The translations under genes were made by a program, and so were the position numbers. A stretch of 64,000 nucleotides of DNA from an uncultured Chloroflexia bacterium. GTDB lineage: Bacteria; Chloroflexota; Anaerolineae; Anaerolineales; UBA4823. The stretch's first letter is position 1. Every line of letters begins with the position of its first letter. This document shows positions 49,416-60,946 of this stretch, piece after piece. The notes under the pieces are model-generated. The model ran no database searches and was not told the DNA's origin. It saw only the letters and a list, made by a program, of their open reading frames with translations. The stretch is from assembly GCA_963736805.1 (NCBI GenBank), contig CAVTQM010000063.1, forward strand, positions 18,324-82,323. The letters are read 5' to 3'.

Positions 49416-51978
49416 ATGATCCCGATTAAACTCACCATAACCGGTTTCCTCTCGTATCAGGAAACAACTGAGCTGGATTTTACCCAGTTCGACCTGGCGT
49501 GCATCTCCGGATCCAATGGGGCAGGCAAGTCATCCCTGCTGGATGCCTTCACCTGGGTGCTGTTCGGCCAGGCACGAAAACGTGACGAGACCCTCATCAA
49601 CCTGCATTCAAATGCCGCCGAGGTTGCCCTTGTATTTGAATACGAAAGTAATACCTACCGCGTGCAGCGCACCCTGGCGAAAGGCAAGACAACCGTATTG
49701 GAATTTCAGATCCGTGCTCCTTCGGATGGGAAGTGGAGAGCCTTATCTGGAGCTACCCTGCGCAATACTCAGGAATTGATCGAGCACACCCTGCGCCTGG
49801 ATTATGAAACCTTTGTGAACGCCTCCTTCTTCCTGCAAGGCAAGGCTGACCAGTTCACCCAGCAGAAACCTGGTGATCGCAAGCGCATCCTGGGCAGCAT
49901 CCTGGGGCTGGAAGTGTGGGAAACCTACAAGCTGCGCGTGATTGAGCGTCGTAAAGGGGTTGAATCAGAAATAACCAACCTGGATGGTCGTACAGCCGAG
50001 ATTAACACAGAGTTGAGCGAAGAGCATGCTCGCACCGAGCGCCTGGCTGCTTTACAAGCGGATCTGAAACACCTGGCCAAGGCACGCAAAGCCCAGGAGC
50101 AGCTGCTCGAGCAAGCCCGAAAGGTGGACGCCACCCTGGCAGAACAGCGCAAGCTGGTAAACATGCTCGGAGGGCAGCTTGAAGCATCCCAAAACCGGCT
50201 GAATGAGCTGGATGCTCGCCTTTCTGCCCGTAAACAGGAGCGGGAGGAGTATGCCCGTAAGGTGGCAAATGCGGATGAGATTGAAGCTGCCTATGCCTCC
50301 TGGATGGAGCGTCCGGGCAGAGCTGGAACGTTGGGATGAAGTGGCAACCCGCTTCATGGAGCATGAAATCAGGCGCCAGGCACCGCGCATGGAGATTGAA
50401 GCGGAAAAGGCACGTTTACGCCAGGAACTGGACCAGCTCCAGCAGTCTGAAAAACAAATCCAGGCTCAGAATGCCTCACGGGTGGAACTTGAAGCGCAGG
50501 TTACCGATGCCCGGGAAGCCCTGGATAGGGTTGAGCAGGCTATCAGCCAACGTACTGCTCTGGATGCCGACTTGCAGGCTGCCCGGCAGAGGCAGGCGGA
50601 ATCAAGGGCTGAAAATCCCCGTTTGAAAGCCGAGATGGACCAGCTAAAAGCCCGCATTGACCAGCTTTCTCAAACGGAAGGGGCAGCCTGCCCCTTATGC
50701 GGCCGGTCCTTAGAGACACATGACCGCCTCCAGCTGATCGATGAGATTGCCGCCCAGGGAAAGGAAATGGGGGATCGTTACCGCCTTAACCTGGCTTACT
50801 TGAAGGAGGCGGACCAGAAAGTGGGGGAGATCGAAGCGCAGATTGCCCTGCTTTCCAGGGCAGACAGCGAGCGGCTGGCCCTCACCCAGGCTGTCACCCG
50901 GCTCACTGGGCAGATTGAAGCCATTCAGCAAAAAAATGATGAGTGGGAAAAGAAAGGTGCTCCCCGCATGGAGGAGCTCCAGGCAATATTTGCAACCGAG
51001 TCTTATGCGCTGGACCAACGTAAAATATTGGCGGAAATCGACGATGAATTGAAATCCATCGGCTACGACGCAGCTGCCCATGATGCCAGTCGCCAATTGG
51101 AGACCGCTGCACGCACTGCTGAGGGTGAATTACGCCTTCTGGAAGCTGCGCGGGCAGCTCTACAGCCCCTGGAGCGCGAGATTGGCGAAACGCACAAGCA
51201 GCTGGAATCATCAACGACCGAAGTCTCCCATCTCCAACAGGAGTACGATGCCGTATGTGCCCGTCTGGCAGCCGCCGAAGCAGAAGCACCTGATCTGGAT
51301 TCAGCCGAACGCAGCCTGCATGAGCTGCTCGAACAGGAGAACAATCAGATATTGGAAGTGGGTGCTGCCCAGCAGAAGGTGATGGTCTTGAAGGACTTAA
51401 AAATTCGCCTCAAAGATCTCACCGCCCAGCGCGAGGGACTTGCTCGTCTGGTTGGGCAATACAAACAGCTTGAACGGGCATTTGGCAAGGATGGTGTGCC
51501 GGCTCTGTTGATTGAACAAGCCCTGCCGGAGATTGAATCGCGTGCCAATAACTTGCTTGACCGTTTAAGCGAGGGCAATATGTCGGTCCGCTTCGCCACC
51601 CAGGCACAATTTAAAGATAAGAAACGCGAAGACCTGAGGGAAACCCTGGATATTCTCATTGCGGATGGCGCAGGGACGCGGGATTATGAGCTGTACTCGG
51701 GTGGTGAAGCTTTCCGGGTGAACTTTGCCATCCGGCTGGCCCTCTCCGAGCTGCTAGCCCGGCGTGCCGGTGCACGCCTGCAGACCCTGGTAATCGATGA
51801 AGGCTTCGGTAGCCAGGATGCGATGGGCAGGCAGCATCTGATCGAAGCCATCAACATGGTCAAGCAGGATTTTGCTAAAGTGCTGGTCATTACTCATATC
51901 GAAGAGCTGAAAGATGCCTTTCCCAACCGTATCGAGGTGGAGAAGACTGAGCATGGCAGTCTGGTGAGGGTGGTATAA
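49416..51978 (+). CDS. sbcC: SbcC/Rad50-type SMC-like ATPase; one frame disruption near 50310
   Basis: Walker A GSNGAGKSS, long coiled coil, zinc hook CPLCGRSL, signature YSGGEAFR, Walker B LVIDEGFGSQD. Confidence 0.85.
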
Positions 51979-51980
51979 GC

Positions 51981-53152
51981 TTGGCCTGGCTGATCGTTTT
52001 ATCCACTCTGGCTATGGGGTTAGGGGTGTATATCACCTGGCTGGTGCATGGGCGGAGCACTCTCGACATCATGGTCGAACCAGGATCTGACCAGGATGAT
52101 TTTCCAACCGATGCTGAATCCCCTCTGATCTCAGTGATCGTCCCAGCCCGGAACGAAGGGCGCAATATCGAGCGTTGTACACGGGCATTATTCGCGCAAA
52201 CCTATCCGAATTACGAGATCATCGTGGTCGATGACCGCTCCAGCGATGAAACCCCCAATATCCTGTCAGAGCTAAAAGATCAGGATACACGCATGCACAT
52301 CATCCATGGTGCAGAGCTCCCCACAGGATGGGCTGGAAAGCCGCATGCCCTGGTGCAGGGTGCAGCGGTTGCCCGGGGCGAGTGGTTGTGTTTCATGGAT
52401 GCCGATACCTTTGCTGAGCCGAATTTGCTTTGGACAACCTATCGTATGGCATTGAAGCATGGAGCTGATATGTTTTCCATCCTGACGGATCAGGAGCTGG
52501 GTAGCTTTTGGGAAAGGACCATCCTGCCCCTGGTTTTCCTGGGTTTATCCTTTGGGTTCCCAGCCCAGCGGGTGAATGACCCCAACACACCGGATGCAAT
52601 TGCCAACGGGCAGTTCATCCTGGTCAAACGTTCCGTTTACGACCAGGTGGGTGGGCATGCTGCAGTCAAGGAAAGGGTAGACGAAGATAAAGCCATCGCC
52701 ATCCTGGTCAAACGGGCTGGTCACAGGCTGATCATCGCCGATGGGCGCAAGGTTGCCAGCACGCGTATGTATACCTCCCTTCCCGAGATGTGGGAAGGCT
52801 GGACCAAGAATATCTACCTGGGATTGCAGGATAGGCTGTGGCTCTTGTTATTTGGGGCTTTCCTGGGTTTGGTGGTTTCCATCCTGCTCCCAGTCTGGTT
52901 GGTGGGTAGCCTGGTTTGGTTCATCTCAGGCGGTGGTGTCACGGCTGCAATTATCGCAGGAGAAGCGAGTGTGCTTTGGATATATCTGATTTTAAGCGCC
53001 TCCAGGCATGCCGGGCTTTTTCCATTCCCGGCGCATATGCTTTCACATTTCCGCTCGGTGCACTCATTTTCACCCTCATGATGGCAGCCTCAGCATTTAA
53101 TGTGATCTCTGGAAGAGGGGTGCGCTGGAAAGGCAGACGGTATACCCATTAG
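51981..53152 (+). CDS. Family 2 glycosyltransferase (membrane-associated); one frame disruption near 52990
   Basis: TTG start. ISVIVPARNEGRNI, IIVVDDRSSDET, FMDADT. C-terminal TM helices continue in ORF 52916..53152. Confidence 0.75.
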
Positions 53153-53263
53153 CTGATTGTGATTTTCGGAAAATTACATCATGAAATGCTGATGTATTGA
53201 CATAAACCTTTTACAAAAAAGCCTTAGGTGTGTTAAGATTAATAGCAGATGAAAGGAGGCGCG

Positions 53264-54542
53264 ATGGACCAACCTTCAAAGCCAGTAAGAAAGTACCGTA
53301 CCTTGATCATTAGTCTGGTGATTGTGATCGTTTTCCTTGGCATAGCATTCATTATCTGGGCGATCGGGCAGGCAGGCACGCCGGTTGAATTAGGCGAGGT
53401 GGATGTCCTGGCCAATAGCAACGATGAATGTGTCACCTGCCATCGGGAGGAATCACCAGGTATCGTTGACCAGTTCAGCCACAGCACCATGGCAGCTGCT
53501 GAAGTCACCTGTCGGAATTGCCATGAGGTCAGTGCGGATTATCCTGGTGCTGTTGAACATGAAGGCGGTTTGTCCTGGCTTCACCCACCACAGCCAAGTG
53601 CGAGACTTGCCATGAAGCTGAGGTAGCCCAGTATTACCAGAGCCGCCACAGCCTGCCATCCTGGGTGGCAGTTGTAGGTTCAAAAGACCTCCCTCCAGAA
53701 CAGATGGCGATGTATGAGGCCATTCCAGAAGGTTCATTTTCCCCTGATAAAGGCCGTAATGCGATTGCTGCCATTGAAGGACCCGTCCTGACTCCCTTTA
53801 CCTGTGAAAGCTGCCACAGCGTCGGGGCTCCTGCCATGGATGGATCGGTTGGGCGTTGCCAGAAGTGCCACATCCGCCACAGCTTCAGCCTCGAACAAGC
53901 TCGCAAGCCTGAGACGTGCAACAACTGCCACATTGGTCCTGACCATCCCCAATGGGAAATCTACCAGGAGTCTGCCCACGGCATCATGTACGCCACCATG
54001 GGTGAGACGTGGAATTGGGAAGCTGAAGCTGGCAACCTGTCGGTGATCGATTTCCCAGCACCAACCTGTGCTTTGTGCCATATGAGCGGTTTTGGAACTT
54101 CAGGCACCACCCATGATGTGGGCGACCGCCTTTCATGGTTTTTGTTTGCCTCCATCAGCGAGCGACGCCCGAGCTGGCAGGATAACATCGCACGCGTATG
54201 CAAAGTGTTTGCTTTGAATGTCACAACGAGAATTTCATCACAGATTTGTACGCTGCTGCAGATCCCGCCACTGAGCAGATCAATGGTTATGTTCAGGCGA
54301 GCAATGACCTGATGGCTCCACTCAAGGACCAGGGGTTGTTAACCATTGAACCCTTTGACGAGCCGATTGATTTCACGTACTTCGATCTATGGCATTATTG
54401 GGGACGTGTCGCCAAGTTTGGCATGTGGATGCAAGGACCCGATTACTCCCAATGGCATGGTGTATATCCGCTGTTGGATACCATGTCTGAGCTGGAAGAA
54501 ATGGTCAATGAAAAGCTACAGGCGGCAGGAGCCACGCCCTGA
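53264..54542 (+). CDS. Membrane-anchored octaheme c-type cytochrome of the hydroxylamine-oxidoreductase (HAO) family; two frame disruptions
   Basis: AAGGAGG lies 5 nt upstream of ATG 53264, followed by an N-terminal TM helix. There are eight CxxCH motifs across the three collinear frames: CVTCH, CRNCH, CETCH, CESCH, CQKCH, CNNCH, CALCH, CFECH. Confidence 0.75.
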
Positions 54543-54544
54543 CC

Positions 54545-55450
54545 ATGTACCACCTGGCGACTGTTTTCCCCTTCATCAAGCGCGTGCGCATCCCCATCAC
54601 ACGCGACCAGGCAATGCTGCTCATGCTGGCTTTTAATGAGCTCCTGCTCGGCCTTGAAACGTATCTGGCACATTCGATCAGCGGTACGATCATGCCCAAG
54701 GAATGGATCCCGATCATCTTCGGTCCGGTTGCCGGGGTATTGTTGGGGCTGGCCGGTCTTCTAGCCCTGCGTAAACGTACCCTGGCAGCGGTGATTGCCA
54801 CCCTGATCTACCTCGCCAGCCTGGTGGTTGGTTTATTGGGGGTCTGGTTCCACCTGGTCCGGGCTGCCTTGCCCTACGCCTCGCTTGGGGAGATTGTTTC
54901 TGTGCCGCTCTTCATCTGGGCACCCCCCATCCTCGGACCCCTCACCTTCGCCCTGGTCGGCTTGATGGGTATCAGCGCGGTCTGGCTGGAGCAACCAACC
55001 GATAGCGGACGCCTGACCCTGCTGGGAGGGCATAAACTGCAATTACCTTTTAGCAAGACCAATGCCTTCTTCTTCATGGTTGGATTGGGAATCCTGGCGA
55101 CCGTGATTTCCAGCGTGCTGGACCACGCCCGGACTGAATTTGATAACCCATGGTTGTGGCTACCGACGGGGATTGGCATATTTGGCACCATTGTGGCAGT
55201 GGTGCTCGGAGCATTGGAGCATCCTCGCCGTAGTGACCTGATTACCTACCTGGTGGCGATGGTGCTGCTGATGCTGGTAGGCTTGCTGGGCGTGCTCCTG
55301 CATATCCAACGCAACCTGGTTATGGAGAATGCCATCGTGGTCGAGCGCTTCATTCGCGGCGCACCTTTCCTGGCACCCATGCTGTTTGCGGATATGGGAG
55401 CTTTGGGTTTGGTCGTCCTGCTGGACCCCAATGAGAATGATATCGGATAA
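54545..55450 (+). CDS. Polytopic membrane protein (~8 TM), unknown family, probable operon partner of the octaheme cytochrome
   Basis: Intact 301-aa ORF that starts 2 nt after the cytochrome stop. Hydrophobic throughout, with several His residues at helix ends. Confidence 0.55.
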   Translation: MYHLATVFPFIKRVRIPITRDQAMLLMLAFNELLLGLETYLAHSISGTIMPKEWIPIIFGPVAGVLLGLAGLLALRKRTLAAVIATLIYLASLVVGLLGVWFHLVRAALPYASLGEIVSVPLFIWAPPILGPLTFALVGLMGISAVWLEQPTDSGRLTLLGGHKLQLPFSKTNAFFFMVGLGILATVISSVLDHARTEFDNPWLWLPTGIGIFGTIVAVVLGALEHPRRSDLITYLVAMVLLMLVGLLGVLLHIQRNLVMENAIVVERFIRGAPFLAPMLFADMGALGLVVLLDPNENDIG

Positions 55451-55514
55451 CCACCCGCCGATAGTATTGTGGGTGAGTTATTTAGGTGATGCTGTAAGCT
55501 AGCCTTGTAGCACC

Positions 55515-56000
55515 TTATCCGGGACCCCGGTCAATCTCCCACGGGTAAATGATGTGTGCATCCGTGATGGCAGCATAGTAGTCGGGTCTGACATTTCCAA
55601 ACAGGGTGCGGTATGGGTTGAAGTGCAGCACGCAGGTAAAGGGGGTGCTGCCTGCTGCGGCAATGCGGTTCTTAACTGCCGTGATCGTCCGACCTGAACC
55701 CCACACATCATCCACCACCAGGCAGCGTTTCCCACGCAGTAGTTCGTCATTCGGGAATTGGATGAAGCGCGGCCAGGCGAACAAGCCTGTCTTTTGACGT
55801 TCCACTTCCGCTGGGAAGTCCACTGCTGCTGTCAGGATCGTGGGAATGCCGGTTGCTTCTGCCAGCAGTCCACCCGGGACAATCCCTCCGTGGGTGATGA
55901 TCACCATCGCCTCAAAATCACCTTGAAATTGTGGCAGCAAATGGTCGATCAGCTTGTCGACATCATCCCAGGTTAAGGCTTCATGGCGCATTTGGGGCAT
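55515..56000 (-). CDS. Phosphoribosyltransferase (Gpt/xanthine-guanine PRT-like)
   Basis: PRPP-binding motif CLVVDDVWGSGRT. 161 aa. Confidence 0.7.
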   Translation of the reverse strand: MPQMRHEALTWDDVDKLIDHLLPQFQGDFEAMVIITHGGIVPGGLLAEATGIPTILTAAVDFPAEVERQKTGLFAWPRFIQFPNDELLRGKRCLVVDDVWGSGRTITAVKNRIAAAGSTPFTCVLHFNPYRTLFGNVRPDYYAAITDAHIIYPWEIDRGPG

Positions 56001-56044
56001 ATACTTCTCCGTCTCTGATCAGAATTAATTCCCGTATAACCCGT

Positions 56045-56930
56045 TCACTGGAGGGCGGAGGCTAAAGGTGAAGGAGCCATGACTACACCGGTTTCCCCAG
56101 CCTGGCGGGCGCGTTCTACGTCTCTTGCCCACAGGTACAGGCAGGTGTGGTAAGCCGTGGCAGTGTAGCTGTTAATCACGGTGGCGAACATGATAAAAGG
56201 TGTGGCGACCAGGATACCCAGGGTTACACCAATGATTAAACCTGCTGTCGAACCCTGGCTTACTGAAATGATTCCCACACCCACACCCAGACCAATACCA
56301 ACCCCCAGAGCGCCGAGTATGAAGCTTACTAACCCTACAATAGCCTTAACCCCCACTGTGCTGATGCCTACCAATAGCAGATTATCCTTGATGATCTGGG
56401 TGGCACGCTTGACACCAGCTTTCAAATTGATGTCCTCGATCACCATGGCTGGCAGGATTAGATAGGATGCTTCTGTCCACACGGTTTCAATCAACCCAGC
56501 CAAAAAACTCCGCCCACCACCCTTGCCTTTTCCTCTCACTGCACTCGAAAACAGATTGACCAGCCGTAGATGCCGCGGCCAGGCTGGCGATATCCCAGAC
56601 ATCCCGTTTAACGATCGCCCAGGCTTTATCCATCCTCCCATCCCCTTCTGCCAGGTAACCAAAGATGAGATACACCGTCATGGCGGAGAAAATATACCCT
56701 ACGGTGTATTGGATGAAGATCACAATTGCCCATAAGATATAAATGATATATTTTCCAAACAGGCTATCTTGTATAAGGAAGGTCACGAATCCAATCGGGA
56801 CGACCAGGATCAGGGTAACGATAAAGCCTGCTATTATCGTGTAAATGGATGGCTTGATCAGGTCCTTGTCTTTAATCGCCATTTGCCATGATTGTTTAAG
56901 AAAAGCCCAACCTCGCTTAAAACTTTCCAT
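56045..56930 (-). CDS. Polytopic membrane protein (DUF6159-like); one frame disruption near 56600
   Basis: MESFKRGWAFLKQSWQMAIKDKDLIKPS, then YLILPAMVIEDINLKAGVKRATQIIKDN. Gly-rich TM helices. Confidence 0.55.
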
Positions 56931-57006
56931 ATGGACCTCCAAATTTGACAACTGGTCTTGAAATGGATAGGATCGCTATTTACCACGCATAAAACATCCA
57001 TTGGTA

Positions 57007-59562
57007 TTATAGCAAAGAAGGTGGATTTACCTCAATCTGCCATTCACCGAGAGATCGACCCCTCAGCAATGATGCCGGGTCAGGACCGCGCAGCACGATC
57101 TGCCAGCGGTACAATCCACCCCGGCGTGGGAAAAAACATGGCACCGGGCCGACCACTTCCGTCTCCCGTCGATCCTCTTCTGTCAGCCAGGTCTTGATCT
57201 GGCTGGCAAGCCTGTTGGCAGATGCCTCCGCGCGTTCGTACTCTTGATGCCGGTATTCCAGGCGCACGAGCTGAGAGAAGGGTGGGTAATGTAACTGCCG
57301 CCGGTAAGCCAGCTCCTGTTCATAAAAAGCCTGGTAATCATGCCTGGAAGCCGCCTGGATGACGTAATGTTCAGGCTGGAAGGTCTGCAGGATTACCTGC
57401 CCACCTAATGGGCTGCGACCTGCTCGCCCGGCAACCTGGGTGAGTACCTGGAAGGTCCTTTCTGCTGACCGTAGGTCGGGCAGGCTCAATCCCACGTCTG
57501 CCAGCACCACCCCCACCAGGGTAACCAGCGGTAGGTCCAATCCCTTGGCGATCATTTGCGTGCCGATCAGAACATTGGCATGCCGGTTGACAAAATGGCT
57601 GAGGATCGCTTCATGGGCGCCTTTTTGGCGTGTGGTCTCAAAATCCCATCTCAAGGTCTGAGCCTGGGGGAAGAGTGCTTGTACTTCAGCCTCTACTTTT
57701 TCGGTTCCAGTGCCATATTGCCGAATGCGTTCGCCATGGCATTGTGGGCAGGTGATCGGGATTTGTCGTGTGTACCCGCAGTAATGGCAGTTGAGTATAT
57801 CCCTGGTGGTATGCCCCTCGATTCCTGCCTTGGAGCGTGCAGCATGAGAAGTCAAAGGCAGATCACAGCGTGGACATTTCAGGATGTAACCACAATCCCG
57901 GCAGAAAATATAGGTTGCATTGCCACGCCGATTTAGAAACAGGATGGCTTGTTGTTCGTTCTCCAAAGTCTTGTTGAGCGCGTCTTGCAGTGCCTGGCTG
58001 AATATCGACCGATTTCCCGCTAATAATTCCTTGCGCATGTCCACCACTTCAACGGGAGGCAGGTCGATGGTCTCTGCCTCATCACCGATAGACCGGTACT
58101 TTGAGTGGATCCCAAGCTTCTTCACCTGGCTTTGCACTGCCTGGCGATGTGCCAGGATACGCAGGGGTAGGCTTAGGTAATGCCATTTTCTTTGTTCAGC
58201 CTTATACCGGCTGACGATATCGGGTGTGGCAGAGCCTAACACGCACACCGCCCCGGCAATTTGTGAATAAGTAACTGCTGCATCCCGTGCATGGTAATGA
58301 GGCTGCGATTCAGACTGGTAGTATGTATCGTCGTGGAACTCATCCACCACGATCAGCCCCAGCCGTGGAAAGGGAGCGAACAATGCACTACGCGGACCTA
58401 CCACCACCGAGATCTGGCCCAGCCTTGCTCGGCGCCAGGTATCGTAGCGCTCTCCAGCTGATAGTCGCGAATGCATACTGCCCACCTGGCCTGGAAATCG
58501 GCTCACAAAACGCCGGATGGTTTGGGGCGTCAGGGCAATCTCTGGCACCAGCACAATCACCTGGCGACCCAGTTGCAGGGTTTCCTGAACCGCCTGCAAG
58601 TATATTTCTGTCTTGCCAGAGCCGGTGACGCCGTGCAATAAATAGGGTTGGACCGATTTTCCGCTTGCCGCGCTGTGAATGCCAGCCTGTATTTCCTTCC
58701 AGGCAGCGGATTGGTCGGCTGTCAGGAATGGTGGCTCATTGGGGATGAACTCGATGCTCTCCAGAGGATCGCGCCACACCTCTGCTTCACCCAATACCAC
58801 CAGCCCACGCAAAGCCATTGCCTGCAGGTCAGCCAGGTTGCCTCCACTTTCCGCATATAACCAGGCTACATCCACATCTCCTGTTTCGCGCATCAAAATC
58901 TGTAACATCGCCTGCCGACGCAGAAGGGCTGGACTGCTTACCCGAGCCAGGTTGGGCATCTGTTCTTCAGCTTGCTCGGCAGGGCAGGCTAGTCGGGCAG
59001 TACGGGTGGTTTTTGCTCTGATAGAGGTTGGGGGCAGAACTGTTTTTGTGCTCAGCAATCCCTGGTTGACCAGCGAACGGATTGATGTACGCCAATCCAC
59101 ATGTCGAAACGCCGCCTCCAGCTGCCGGCTACGCAAAGGACCGCGCTCAGTCAGCAGTTTCAAGATACGGTTCTGCAGGCTGGATAGCGGATGTGAGATG
59201 GGAGGACTTGGAATTTGCTTCTGGTACAGTGTGTCTGCCTGCTGTGCCAATCCTGGTGGGATCATCAAGTCGATGCAGGCTGCCAATGGTGATAGGCTGG
59301 TTTCAGCCAGCTCCCCTGCCAGTCTGATTTGCGCTGGGGTGAGAACCACCTCTTCATCGATCAAGGACAAGACTGGCTTGGTTTCGGGCACATCCGGTTG
59401 TTCGACAATACGGAATACCACTCCCTGTACCTGCTGGTGACCAAACTCTACGACCACCAGGTGACCGGGCTTGACAGTATCCTCCAGCTCAGCAGGTAGG
59501 TGGTAGTGGAAAGAACCGCTTACCTGGGGCACATTGACGGCAACTTCAACAAAGATGGTCAT
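57007..59562 (-). CDS. priA: Primosomal protein N' (replication restart helicase)
   Basis: Intact 851 aa. Walker A GVTGSGKTE, DEFH box VVDEFHD, Cys-rich zinc region CRDCGYILKCPRCDLPLT...CHYCGY...CPQCHG. Confidence 0.9.
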   Translation of the reverse strand: MTIFVEVAVNVPQVSGSFHYHLPAELEDTVKPGHLVVVEFGHQQVQGVVFRIVEQPDVPETKPVLSLIDEEVVLTPAQIRLAGELAETSLSPLAACIDLMIPPGLAQQADTLYQKQIPSPPISHPLSSLQNRILKLLTERGPLRSRQLEAAFRHVDWRTSIRSLVNQGLLSTKTVLPPTSIRAKTTRTARLACPAEQAEEQMPNLARVSSPALLRRQAMLQILMRETGDVDVAWLYAESGGNLADLQAMALRGLVVLGEAEVWRDPLESIEFIPNEPPFLTADQSAAWKEIQAGIHSAASGKSVQPYLLHGVTGSGKTEIYLQAVQETLQLGRQVIVLVPEIALTPQTIRRFVSRFPGQVGSMHSRLSAGERYDTWRRARLGQISVVVGPRSALFAPFPRLGLIVVDEFHDDTYYQSESQPHYHARDAAVTYSQIAGAVCVLGSATPDIVSRYKAEQRKWHYLSLPLRILAHRQAVQSQVKKLGIHSKYRSIGDEAETIDLPPVEVVDMRKELLAGNRSIFSQALQDALNKTLENEQQAILFLNRRGNATYIFCRDCGYILKCPRCDLPLTSHAARSKAGIEGHTTRDILNCHYCGYTRQIPITCPQCHGERIRQYGTGTEKVEAEVQALFPQAQTLRWDFETTRQKGAHEAILSHFVNRHANVLIGTQMIAKGLDLPLVTLVGVVLADVGLSLPDLRSAERTFQVLTQVAGRAGRSPLGGQVILQTFQPEHYVIQAASRHDYQAFYEQELAYRRQLHYPPFSQLVRLEYRHQEYERAEASANRLASQIKTWLTEEDRRETEVVGPVPCFFPRRGGLYRWQIVLRGPDPASLLRGRSLGEWQIEVNPPSLL

Positions 59563-60889
59563 TGATCCAGGTTACGCAGTTTTAGCTGGGCGATGCGCAG
59601 TCCATCCATCGATTTAACCTGAAACTGCACGCCCCCAGAATTGATTTCGTCACCAATCTTGGGAATATGCCCCAGCTTGCCCAGGAAGTAGCCGGCTATG
59701 GTGTCATAGTGTGGGTCGGTCAGGTTGAGCTCCAGCTGTTGATTTACCGCCTCGATCAGGGTCAGTCCGTCGATCAAAAAGCTGCCATCTGGCAGGCTTT
59801 GGATTTCCGGGGAGCCTGCATCGAACTGGTCACTCACCTCACCCACGATTTCTTCAAGCAAGTCCTCCAGAGTCACCAGGCCGGCAGTCCCCCCAAACTC
59901 ATCCATCACGATGGCGATATGCTGGCGGTTATGGCGGAATTGGTGCAACAGCTCGTTCACGGGCAAAGTCTCGGGGATGTAGAGCGCTTCACGAGACATT
60001 TCCCGCGCCTGTTGTTTGCTTGGAATCTGGCTGAATCATCACCCGCAGCAGGTCTTTGACATGCAAAATGCCAATGATCTGGTCAAGGTCATCTTCATAG
60101 ACTGGCAGCTTGGTATAACTGTGCTGGGTGACTGTGTTGATGATCTCATCCAACAAGCATATCTGCCTCAATGGCAATGACCTCCGTGCGTGGAACCATC
60201 ACCTGCCTCACCAGCAGCTCGCCAAAATCAAACACTGATTCGAGCATCTCCCGCTCAGGCGGTTCAAGCACACCACCCTCCTCGGATTCAGAGATCATCT
60301 GCTTGAGCTCATCCACGGTATAGATCAGCGAGTGTTCACCCTTCAGCTGCAAGCCAAAGAGCCGCAAGATTTGCCGGGTTGCCCAATCCAATACATCGAT
60401 GAACCACTTAAAGATCGTGGTGAAGGCATTCATGGGTTGAGCGCTGAGCAGCGCGATCCGCTCCGGCTGGTGCAGCGTGGCAACCTTGGGCACCTGTTCA
60501 CCCAGGACGACATGGATGCTGGTGATGATGAGCAGCGATAGCACCAGAGGCAGTGCTGCTAATAAGGATGTCAATCTCTGCAGGCTGGGTGCCAGCGAGA
60601 TCTGGTTGAAGAAAGGGGTTAATAAAGCCTCGAATGTATTTTCACCCACCGCTCCCAATGCCAGGCTGACGATGGTGATGCCCAGCTGGGATGCTGCAAT
60701 GATCCGATCACGTGCTTTTGGGTTTTCAATCCAGCCTTTAACGATGTTTGCAGCCTGATTTCCGTCTTCAGCCAGCAGCTCAATGCGTGCCCGGCGTGAT
60801 GCAACGGAGGCAAATTCCACACTGACAAAAAATGCGTTCAAGCCCACCAGCAGCAGGATGAGCAGGAAGTTCCAGGTGAACATGCTCAA
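59559..60889 (-). CDS. CNNM/CorC-HlyC family transporter-associated protein (DUF21 + CBS pair + CorC_HlyC); two frame disruptions
   Basis: The N-terminal DUF21 TM domain is in ORF 60146..60889, a CBS fragment in 59989..60177, and a second CBS plus CorC_HlyC domain in 59559..59999. Confidence 0.8.
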
Positions 60890-60946
60890 GCCACCCTTTT
60901 CTGCGGTCCGGGCATCGATAATCGCCTTATAACATCACGCATTGTT

